This document shows, one piece after another, positions 1 to 10,397 of a stretch of 49,888 bases of DNA. Location: NCBI GenBank assembly GCA_001642005.1, contig LWCA01000123.1, forward strand, positions 1-49,888, read 5' to 3'. Each line of letters starts with the position of its first letter. The first letter of the stretch is position 1. The notes beneath the pieces are model-generated. The model saw nothing but the letters and a program-made list of their open reading frames with translations. It ran no database searches and was not told where the DNA came from. The translations under genes were made by a program, and so were the position numbers. This DNA comes from Intoshia linei (taxonomy: Eukaryota > Animalia > Orthonectida).

Positions 1-1131
1 AAAGAACTGATAGAATTATTATTAGAACCGCACTGGAAAACAGAAATTCCAGCTCCAATGAAATCGTATCTAAACTTAAAACCAAAAATATTAATTTATC
101 AAGAAAAACAGTGAACCCTAGACTTGTAGATGGAGGATAAAAATCATACAAAAAAATTCGAAAACCCCTCCTTTCCACACGAATGAAAAAATCAAGGATG
201 AAATGGGCAAAGTTACATCAAAATTGGAAAGAGAACGATTGGAGTAAAGTTAGTGCTTTCAATATTAACAAAAATATAATTATATTTAAATTAATCAATT
301 AATATTAAATCATAGTTTGGAGGAAATGTATTATTTTTTAGGTTATATTTTATTATTATTTTATTATAGGTTATAGGTTATTCTCGGATGAATCAATGAT
401 AACTGTCATGTGTGATCGATCAACTCGAGTTCGGAGAAAATCCAGTGAATCCTCAGGATCAGATTGTGTAAGACAAACTGTAAAATGTCAAGCGAAAGTG
501 ATGGTCTGGGGTGCTATATCCGTAAAAAGTATGAACAAATTGCAGATAATTGAAGGAACAATGGACCAAAAAGTGTACAAGAATGTGATGGAATTATTTC
601 TAAATGAAATTCCCCATTTTTTTGACAATACTGATTACACATTTCAACAAGATTCTGCACCATGTCACAAAGCAAAGTCTATAATGACTTTCTTTGAAAA
701 TAAGGGTATTACTCTGTTGAAATGAAATGGCCAGGAAATTATCCTGATATGAACCCAATTGAAAATATTTGGTCAATTCTGAAGGATGAAGTTCATAAAG
801 TAGAAATTAATACAAAAACACAATTGATTGATCGATTACATCAGGTTTAAAACCATTCTCCAAGAATTAAAGAATTATCGAAAGAGTTGATTGGGATGTC
901 TAGAAGAATTGAGAATAGAAGAATAGAAGAATAGAAGAAGTGATAATCACGTTCAACAAAATATTAAGTTGGTATATGTGTACCTAAATATACGTTACAT
1001 TACATTTTAGATTTTATAAACAGATTTTATTATAAGATACTGAAATTTTGTTTAATTTCCTCAATTGGTTATTTAATTATATATCATTCATATAAAAATA
1101 TCAAATTATTATAATTATATGGCCAATACTG
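1..1131 (+). mobile_element. Tc1/mariner (DD34E-type) transposon, decayed; 5' end lies outside the window
   Basis: Frame from position 3 gives an HTH_Tnp_Tc3_2-like segment (SRKTVNPRL...KPLLSTRMKKSRMKWAKLHQNW...DWSK), then an intron from 249, FSDES, VMVWGAIS, FQQDSAPCH, WPGNYPDMNPIENIW and TKY* near 967. Inactivated by an in-frame TAA (138-140) and a 5-bp duplication frameshift (about 720-729). The right TIR ends ...GGCCAATACTG (1131), followed by TA. Confidence 0.92.
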
Positions 1132-1284
1132 TATATTTTAAATTTTAATTGATATTGTGTCATAGTTACAAGAATTATACATTTTTATTTGGAGTGTAGG
1201 GGACCCCTACTAGGGGTATATACTGTGAATGTTGGGAATCTTTTTAATTAATTAATTATTTTTTCTATAAATAATAATAAATAC

Positions 1285-3638
1285 ATTTGTACAACTGTAG
1301 AAAATCGAGAAAAGGCATAATCATGAATATTTTCCGATGTTAATTGATTATACGACAGGTCTAACCACGTTAAACTTTGTAATTTATAAAAATCGTCCAT
1401 TTTTATTATTGTGATGGCATTTTTTTTTAAATTTCTATATATATTATATCAAAGTTAATTAAATTGATTACAATTTTTTAATGTTTTTAGAATTTGAAAA
1501 TTTGATATAATTGAGTTGGTCATAGTGAAATCTTCCTTCATGCCCCAATGGATAAGATAATTTGCATAAATCAGAAATAGCTTTGACGTTATTGTTGTCA
1601 ATATGTCTAATATATATTGATAATATTCATAATAATACAAACACTTGTTCCAATTTTAAATAACTTTCAATTGTAAATATTTGATGCGGATAACAAGATA
1701 ATTTATTGTTTCCTAGCCATCTAATCAAAATAAATTAATAAAATCTATTAATTTATTAATATATTTAAATAAAACACAATTTTTAAATTCTTGGCCACAT
1801 TAGTAAATGCACGAAACTCGATATCTTCTAATCCTGTCGCACTATTCAATTTTTGGGAGTGCAATTTCAAATATATAAGTTTAGGACAGTCTTGCAAGAA
1901 ACCATTTTTTACAATTTTGAATTCATTGTTGTATAAATCTCTAAATTTAAAAATATGCATCTTGTTTTATGTACTTTAATGGAACTTACAAAATATTTAA
2001 ATTTCCCATTTTATTTAAGAAATTTAGTGGCATATCTTTCATTCCATTTCCTTGCAATTCTCTAAATTTAGAATATAAGGTGTATTTGTTAAATTTAAAA
2101 TGTTAACAAAATATTAATTCAATTTCAAAAATTTTACAATATTCTAAGCGTCTGTATATTCGAAAAAACATATTGTTCTCCGGAAACGATTTGATTGTTA
2201 CTCAAATTTCTAAATAATAAATAAACTCGATAAATTAAAAGTTAATTTAATTTTTATGTAAAATAAATAAATAAAATAATTTTTCAGTAATTTCCAAGTA
2301 CAGTCATAATTATTAAAAATCCATCTTAATTTATTTTTTTAATTATGGGTACAATAAAAAATTTTCCTATCTGTAACTGAAATTTTCTTTTATAAATTAC
2401 AAGTGTTGGAGTTTTGTGTTTTTGAAATTCGCCAAATCCACTTTGCCAACTTTTTTTATTTTATTTCCATCCAAACCGCTAGAATTAATGGAATAAATTT
2501 TAAATGAATTAAAGGATAATTGAAGAATAAATACTCACAAATAAATTATATTTTTTAAATTTGTCGTGCTCTCGATTGGAACTTGATTTAATTTGTTGTA
2601 ACTCAATGTTCTAAATATAAAACATTCAATTATGGAATATTATTGACAATATTAACATGAATATTATATACAATTTATTCAAAATTCTAGAACTATTGTC
2701 AATTTTAAATAAAAGGTAATTTGTGGTTTTTGCCCTGATGATATACCTTTTTGAAATAAACATTCATGGTAATGTTGATGATTTTAAAATCTGTATTAGA
2801 GTATATATTTTATTACATTATAGGACTCGATTCTTTTTCAAAAAAATAAAAAAAAAGGGGGATATTTGGCGTTTTCTACAAGGAATGTATAAATTTCTGT
2901 GGTTAAAAATATAGCTTAAATTCTCTCCCGTGAAAATCTGACGTTGAATTTGTGATTGTTAAAATTCTAGAATTCTTAGTTATTGAACTAAACGATAACA
3001 CATTTAATTAATCTAACAAAAAAAATTAAAAACGCGAATTGGAAGAGAATAATATAATATAATGTACTTTTAAATATTATTTAAAATTACAAAATTTTTA
3101 TATTTTTAGTAAAAAAATTTGATGGAAACCAATTTATTTCATTGTATGCTAAATTTCTAAAATTTACTGTATATTTTATAATAAGATAAGATACAAGTGT
3201 GTCAGAGAATCAGGTATTTTGATGAATTTTTCAATAATAATTTTATTATATGCCAAGTTTCTAAATCTTTATAAGTAAGTTACACTAATATACTTGCAAA
3301 ATTTCCAAATTTATTAAATTATCAATGTTGAAAAATGTTTTGATCGATGTTTTTTGAATTATTCTAAAAATTTAATATATTTATTAATTAACATAAATGA
3401 ATGTTATAATTTATGGAAATAAAAAATATTACAATATTTTCAACAATGTCAAATGATTAAAAGCGTTTAAATCTATTGTGACTAAATCAGGCATGTTTGT
3501 TATATGTCTAAGTTTAGAGATTATAGTTTTTAAAATTCAATTTCAAGTAAATTGTATTCTAAAATTTACATTTCTGTGATTGCTGAATTTTTAAACATGT
3601 CGGCACTTATTTTTGTCGACTTTTGCTTTGAAATTTTT
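1285..3638 (-). CDS. Multi-exon leucine-rich repeat protein, probably extracellular or receptor-like; partial model
   Basis: About 13 phase-2 exons, each with one or two LRRs, e.g. 3638-3570, HITNMPDLVTIDLNAFNHLTLLKIL, 3363-3298, NLAYNKII, NLAYNEI, TLSYNKLNQVP, GLDGNKIKKV, NLSNNQIVS, ELQGNGMKDMP, DLYNNEFKIV, WLGNNKLSCYP, HIDNNNVKAI, and 1434-1285 (LTWLDLSYNQL). Start and end not resolved. Confidence 0.85.
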
Positions 3639-3736
3639 CTAAATATATTCATATTAGTAACTTTAAAATCTTTGTATAAGTGATTAGTGAAAGTGATTTA
3701 GGATTTTTGCAATCTTTTATCGAATTTTATGATCTA

Positions 3737-3770
3737 CTAGCTTAGCTGTTTTGTACTTTGTACAAATAGC
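3737..3770 (-). mobile_element. Helitron 3' terminus (hairpin plus CTAG)
   Basis: The minus strand reads GCTATTTGTAC-aaa-GTACAAAACAGC-taag-CTAG|T. A near-identical copy lies at 43986-44019 (+). Confidence 0.7.
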
Positions 3771-3842
3771 AAATTTTTATGAAAAATGGAAAAAGCTTTA
3801 AAGTGATCATTTTTAAATTCTAGGAATATTCGGGTTTTTTTA

Positions 3843-4217
3843 TTAAATAAAGATAATGCACATTAAATTGAAAAAAATGAAAAATTTTATCAATAGTAAA
3901 TGTAAAAGTGAGTCAATAATATTTTTAATCGTTCTGTCGTTAATTTTTGTTTTGAAACGTGCCGTGAATATCTCAGCTAGTCTTACAAATGTTGTTTTAT
4001 TTTCCTTATAATACTCTATTATCATCTTTTTTTGATTGTAAGTGAGTGTTTTTTTGCTGGTTTCTTTTTTAACCATGATTTTTTTATAAAAAAACGTAAA
4101 TTTGAGAAATCCGTTAATTTTGGTAGTTTCTATGTAAATGCATAATAAAGTATTTATTTTTGCGTAAATTTGGGATAAACGTAAATATTAGAAACGTAAA
4201 TTTTAGAGAGTTGACTG
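3843..4217 (-). mobile_element. pogo/Tigger-like (CENP-B-type HTH) transposon 5' fragment
   Basis: ORF MVKKETSKKTLTYNQKKMIIEYY...LAEIF...KINDRTIKNII resembles the CENP-B/psq N-terminal HTH. The terminus reads TA|CAGTCAACTCTC at 4217. Subterminal CGTAAAT motifs repeat at about 4095-4201. Confidence 0.7.
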
Positions 4218-4669
4218 TATATTATATATTACAAAATTAAAACTGAACTTTATTTTAACAGAAATTGGCGTTTGAGCTTTTAAACGTGGTACCGACTTTA
4301 TAATATTGTTCTCCATGTTTAGTTATACTGTTTATTTTTTAAAATTTGTTACTAGTTCAATTTTTTTTGATTTTATTAACGATATAATTTTTCGAAGTCT
4401 GGCTATTTACATTATTTAAATTGTGTTCAAAGCATCTCAAAAAAAATAAAATATATAGAAAACTTTAAATAGTCAGGCTAACTTCACCGTTAGGAGTTGG
4501 TCTAAAATATTTTACAATAGTTATTATTTTAGTAATACTATAATTTTAAACCTTAAGGATATTTTTTCTAAATACCCATGAGACATCTTAATGCACATAC
4601 AGGCATACACAAAAACTGTCGTTATACTTTAGAATAAATTAAAATACTACTTAAACTTTAAAAATTTCA

Positions 4670-5260
4670 AAGTCTCGTTTTATTTTTAAAAATAGGATGG
4701 GTAATTTGTGGCTTTTATTCTGAAAAAGTTAATTTCTGAAATCTAATTTGCGAAAAAATCTAATCCTCGAAAAACTGCTTTAGATATTGGTGTTTTTAAA
4801 ACTCTACATATCTAACTTTAGTAAATAAGATGGAACAAACACAATTAAAATTAAAAAACTGAAACTCTCCTTAAAATTTGGTACAAAAATTTTTTTAAAA
4901 CCCTCTTTAAAGTATGATTAAAAAAAATTTTTCCCAAAAACCCCCTTGAAATAAAGTAAAAAAGTCACATAGTGTGATCAAAAGTTAAAGTGAGTATGTA
5001 TATGTGAATATGTGGAGATAACTGTATGAACTGTAATTTTTATACATTCTGAAACAATTTTTATTTTTAAAAAAAAGGGTCATTTGAGGTTTGGACTAGT
5101 GTGTTCAACTTTTGTAAAAAGTATACTAAAATTAACTACTTTTACCCCTAAAAAATCTATAATAAAAATGTGGGATTGTAAAAATTCTGTGACTCTTAAT
5201 TATTGAAATAAACGATAGCACACACAGACAGACAGACAAAGAATTTTATATAAGTAAGGA
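4670..5260 (-). mobile_element. Helitron-like non-autonomous repeat, 5' portion
   Basis: The minus strand starts A|TCCTTACTTATATAAAAT followed by a (TGTC)n microsatellite. Internal GGGTAATTTGTGG-type units are shared with other copies. Confidence 0.6.
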
Positions 5261-5280
5261 TCATTCCAAATTCGTAAATA

Positions 5281-5540
5281 TTACACTATGGATTTTTCGC
5301 AAATTTGAATTAGACCATTTTTACATGTGCAACCACCACATTGCTTTTTAAATTCGGTTGTAGGTCTACTAATGTGATCTTCCAAGGAGGCGTCATCTGA
5401 CCATAGACCATTAATTGTATCAACTAAATTAAACGGTAAAGTAGTTGAATCTATTTTATCTTGTACCAGAGGTATAAGGTACGTAATCTGCAATATTTGA
5501 CAATTGGTCGTTCCAATAGTTGTGGGCTTTCCATGAGTTT
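5281..5540 (-). CDS. Cys-rich exon, possibly the N-terminal part of the LRR gene
   Basis: Open frame ending TEFKKQCGGCTCKNGLIQICEKSI (CxxCxC-x2-G-x4-C, VWC- or LRRNT-like). Same strand as, and upstream of, the LRR exons. Splicing link not established. Confidence 0.4.
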
Positions 5541-5927
5541 ATATTACTCAAATATAAAAATAATAGTACTATTTTTATCATTAGCAGATTATAAATATTT
5601 ATATTACCAATATAATTATTTATTAGACAGATATTATTTATATATCATTTTCTTAGATATGTCACGTAATATTTGTAAACAATGTAAGCTCATATATTAT
5701 GATATCATATCTATATATTTTATTATATATTTATCACGTTTAGTGATAGCGATTCTCAACATTTTAACACATGGTTAACAGTTTAAACTTTACATTAAAG
5801 TAGTATTCCTTACTAACTTAATAAATACTTATTACTTTGGTTTTTAAAAAATCCAATTATGCAAATATACTGCCTGGTTTTGAATATATTATACAAAATT
5901 AGTCTGAATTTGTATTTGGTCTAACTC

Positions 5928-6449
5928 AGTGTTTGTCAACCGTGGGTCAGGCCCACTGGTTGCGCATGACGAAATTTTTGGTGGGGCCTGGTAAATATTA
6001 CCAGTTTATAAAATTATGAAAACTTTAGATTCATTTATTATTAGATTTTTTTGTAGAAAATATTTCATTCAATAATTATAGTCATTTATTTTGGTTATTA
6101 TTTTTAAATGATATTAATACAAGTTTCGAAGATATCAAAGTTATGGAGTTCCATTGTGGTTGATAGAACTTTTTCTGGTGGAAATGTCAATTTCAAATAC
6201 CAGATAGAACTAATAACACTAAAAAGTCTATACATTATTCACATGTTTTACTAACTGTATTTGGCGAGTATAAGAATAATAATGCGGAGTTAGTAAAGTT
6301 TTAGACTTAAAAAACTGTTTGTACTAACAAAAAATAGATATAACATCCATATTTCAAAACAAGGAGATATAAGTTTAAAGCTTACAACATTAGTGTTTAT
6401 TATTCAGAAAATCTATAAGAATATTCAGGCTCATCTCATTATTTATTAG
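5928..6449 (+). mobile_element. hAT (Buster/Charlie-type) element remnant with degenerate transposase C-terminus
   Basis: Left TIR-like CAGTGTTTGTCAACC at 5928. Frameshifted fragments FEDIKVME/PLWLIELF and LTKNRYNIHISKQGDISLKLT...IQAH match the Buster-type C-terminus (TKxRNRLxI...GDLRL...QAHxSH). Confidence 0.65.
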
Positions 6450-7337
6450 AAAATTGGCCGTTTGGGCGAATTATTTTTTAATATCTCATTTTACTAACAT
6501 TTCATCAATTCCCCGAAAGGGGGCAAAAATAAAATTACAAATGGAGATCAGTATCGGAATTTATGTTGTTAAAAACAATTATAGCATTTCTTTATTTTAG
6601 ATCTACTTCATATGAAGTAGATAATACACATTGTGTTAATTGAGTAAATTTTCCCAGGTGACATACAGGAAAAAATTCAATTTCCGAAATTAACGACTTC
6701 TCGGTCAATCTAGTATTCTACAGGTAAAGATGATGATATGATAAGACATATTGGACAGCGGTGTCCTGAATGGAAATATTATAGTTTATTAAATTTATAC
6801 AAGGGAAAATTATGTTCCTCTTTTCATTGATTCGGAATGACCAGTTGAATGTAAACCAGCAGTAATATTAAATGAAGAATTGAGACATCTATTGACCTTC
6901 ATTAAACTTTTTGTCTCATTCCATGGATTGACTTTGACTGCTAAATTAGCAATTATTTCATTTTACAGACTTTACTTGACACGAAATATAAGTCTATAAA
7001 ATCTAATGCATTTGTTTCTGCGTGTTCCCGTTTAATTAACAAATTAACAGTCCTAAAATTTATAAAAATCCAATTTCCAGTACATTTTTTCGAGAGCGAT
7101 GTTTTATCGCAAATTTTATTTTCAAAAATTGAGTCCTAGAATTTTACAAAACATCAATTCTGGGACGCGTTTTAAAATCATTAATATTGTCGTAAATCTC
7201 AATCCGTGAAACTTACATATTTATAGTCAAAACCGATATTACCCTTTTTTATAAATAAAAAAATAATCGAATTTGATAAAACTATGACGCATACGCAAAT
7301 AACAAAATAGTAAAAATTTTGACGTCCATTCATAGAG

Positions 7338-8360
7338 CAGTGATTCTAAACCTTTATTACTACATTACTAATATTACCGTACTTATTTCGAAATTACCCA
7401 CAATATTTTTTTAACTGCATATTTGATGGTCAGGTTTTTAGAATAAGAGTTATATCATTCTTATAATAATTTAATTAAAATTTTAAAAAAACTAAATTTA
7501 CAAAATAGTAAAATAATTCCTAATTTTTTTTGGAAATTGTAGGAAGAATATTTAAATTTTCATTTTTAAAAAACGGGAGTAAATTTTGTTTTTTCCGGTA
7601 AAGATGCAAATTTCTTCGAGGGAAATATATCTTACTCGCTGTACCAGAAATAAACTTAATTAGAATTTGTGTTTTTAACTTTCTGAGACTGTCGCGACAT
7701 GTCGGCTTAAGATATAATAAAAAATATTGTTTAATTGTTTTCACATATAATAAAATGTTACTTTTTTGAATATAATAAAATAGTTTATGAATAAAAAAAA
7801 ATAAATACTAAAATGCTTTTTTGACCGTGAAGGCTTCACTTTGTCAGACTGAAATTTTTTGTGTGTGTTAACTGAATACGCTGTATCAACTGTAGTATTT
7901 TTTAAAATTCTTGGACTATTTTAATTTTTTAAAAAAAGGGTAATCTGGAGTTTTTATTTGAAAATACACTTTTTGAAGGTTGCCATTCATGATAATGCCT
8001 ATAATTTTAATAACTATCCCAGAATGTATGTTATTTTTAATTTTTAAGTTAATTTTATTTTAAAAAAATGGCAAATTGGGTTTTTGCCGCTGTAAAATTC
8101 AATTTAGGGAAATATAACTTAGATCTAAACATCATATGCGAAAAAATGTATTAGAAATTGGTTTTATTAAATTACGACTTTTAGTTTTTTAAATAGACTG
8201 TAACACAAACAAACATTCAGTTTTATACATATTTTGAAGTGTGCATTAGACGCAAAAAAAAATAAAAAAAATCTTAATTTTTATACAAATTTCACCATTA
8301 CCCATGAAAAGTATCAAATTACCCACTCATCGGTAAATACCCACAGATTGGGAATTACTG
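7338..8360. mobile_element. hAT-type MITE with a nested Helitron-like repeat (about 7790-8230)
   Basis: Ends CAGTGATTCTAAACC and GATTGGGAATTACTG. Flanks tcaTAgag / cacTAgag form a degenerate NNNTANNN TSD. Confidence 0.6.
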
Positions 8361-8841
8361 CACTAGAGCGAAATTCACTTAAGCTTTGTATTTTAAAGAT
8401 TTAGAAAAAAATGTTAAACAAAAAAAAGTGTTCCTTTAAAGACTCTACCAAATCTTGGTGCCAAAATTATCTTAAAAATCTTTCATAAATTGGGTGAAAA
8501 AATTTCCCTTAAATCACCCTACCAAAATTTTGATCCCAAAATCAATAATATTATTAATTAGAAAAATCTAGTATTATGCCGCTCAATTGAATGTTTTTCA
8601 AACATTTTATATTCGTTCGGGTTTTTACTCAAAATCTTTAATATAGTGTAAGATTTTGGAACTAAAAGCTGCAAATTTAAGAAAAAAAGTTATTTCAGTA
8701 AAACAAATCTGATTTATTATAAAATTTAACTAATCCTTTGTAAAATGGTATATAACTTGTTTGAAATTTTTAACGGCACATATAAAATATTCTGGCGCAC
8801 CGATTCAGAATAATTGATAGGTGTTGACTAGTATTCAATGA

Positions 8842-9654
8842 CTAGAATGTTGATTTACCTGAAAAAGGTTGTTTAAAAATTCTTTTAATAATGCAACCAT
8901 GTTTATCCTTATAATTGAGTCGTTTGGAATATTTATTATCTGAAACACCAATCTCAGACCGACATTGAATTCCAATATTTTGCATAAGTTCTTCTATCGT
9001 AGATTCATCCAAGTACATTTTATCTTTATAATATTGTTGATACCTTTTAAAATCAATATTGGTGGAGTTGCGATTACTTGGTACACCTTTAGATTTCTGC
9101 CAGATGGGAAATTGCGAATATAATTTCTGGTGGTGCACATATCTGACTTGTTTAGGATCTGAAAATGAATATTTTGGAGAAAAGTCATAATTTTCTTTAA
9201 AACTGACTTTTTTGACTGTAATCACACTTTCAGGGTCTTTATGTTTTGTGTCTATTGTATTTTTGTTTTTGGGTGGCTTGTAAAAATTTTCACTTAAATA
9301 CGACTCTGCGCGTTGGACGTATCGTTGTTTTTTATTGAAATATAGATTTTGGGAGATTTTTTTAATTTTTGTATCAGTTAAAGTCACACAACCTCTGTCA
9401 TCCATACAAGCCACTAAAGGTTTTTCCGTTTGATCCACACTTTCGTTTTTATTTTCAGCTTCATTCTCATTAAAAGTGGTAATTTTAGGTAATGTCAAAT
9501 TTTGTGGAGATATGGCATATAATTCAAATTTAGGTTTGATATATTGCTTGGTTTTGTTTTTCATAAGATTTATGTCTCTTTTTTTAAATATTCTAGATAT
9601 ATTGTTAATGTTCAAATCCACCAAATAATCTCGAGTTTGTGAGTGTATATTCAT
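8842..9654 (-). CDS. Hypothetical 270-aa K/N/S-rich protein, single exon
   Basis: 813-bp uninterrupted ATG-to-stop ORF, unlikely by chance in such AT-rich DNA. An in-frame TGA lies just upstream. No recognisable domain. Confidence 0.7.
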   Translation of the reverse strand: MNIHSQTRDYLVDLNINNISRIFKKRDINLMKNKTKQYIKPKFELYAISPQNLTLPKITTFNENEAENKNESVDQTEKPLVACMDDRGCVTLTDTKIKKISQNLYFNKKQRYVQRAESYLSENFYKPPKNKNTIDTKHKDPESVITVKKVSFKENYDFSPKYSFSDPKQVRYVHHQKLYSQFPIWQKSKGVPSNRNSTNIDFKRYQQYYKDKMYLDESTIEELMQNIGIQCRSEIGVSDNKYSKRLNYKDKHGCIIKRIFKQPFSGKSTF

Positions 9655-10397
9655 TTTTTTTCAAAGTTTCATATTTTAATGGCAGTGCAATGCATTGTCT
9701 GGAATAATTATATTGTTAATTATGTACTCTAATTATATATTTTTTATTGGTGACATACATATTTCATTAAATCAGAATCTTTATAAGTAAACTTTTTTCT
9801 TTTCTTTGCTTGTTAAATAATATTTTTAATTAAAATGTTCTAATTTTTCAACACACCAATGTCATTTTATTTTGTTTGGATACTAAAGAAATTTTCAACT
9901 ACAATACACAATTATCTACTACCTATGAGCATTTATTTATAGACCTTCAATTGTAATTACCAAGTTTTCTCAAAAATGGTTAAACAAGACTTTTCATAAT
10001 TTCTCGTTTTAGTTACGCGTGTGTTGTGTTGCTGTACATAAATGATTTATGTAAAATTAACATTATCAATATCAAATTATTGTATTCAATTTCAAACTAA
10101 TTTAATTTAATTAATTAATTTAAAATTCTTCGATAAATATTAGTATAATAAACCGTAAAATAAATTAAATATAACTAAAAAAAAATAAAATTATGAAAAT
10201 AAAATAAAAATTAAAACAATTAAAAATCGTAAAAATTTACTTGGAAATATTTAAAGTTTAAACTTTTTTACAATATATAAAAATATTAGTAATACACAAA
10301 AGATTAGTGTACTGTAAAAGAATTTTAGATAAAATAATATGCAAATTGTACAATGTACATTTGTTTTTCTTGGTGATTATATAATATTAAACTTGGT

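Noticed and set aside
138-140. In-frame stops in coding-like segments as evidence of stop-codon reassignment
   Set aside because: Conserved genes (TRPC, YARS2, SERF, FPGS, RAL, HSP70) end at TAA at the expected positions. The internal stops occur in TE remnants or unassigned pieces.
6640-6945. Slightly GC-richer coding-like block
   Set aside because: The frames I examined on both strands are short or stop-interrupted and resemble no family I recognise.
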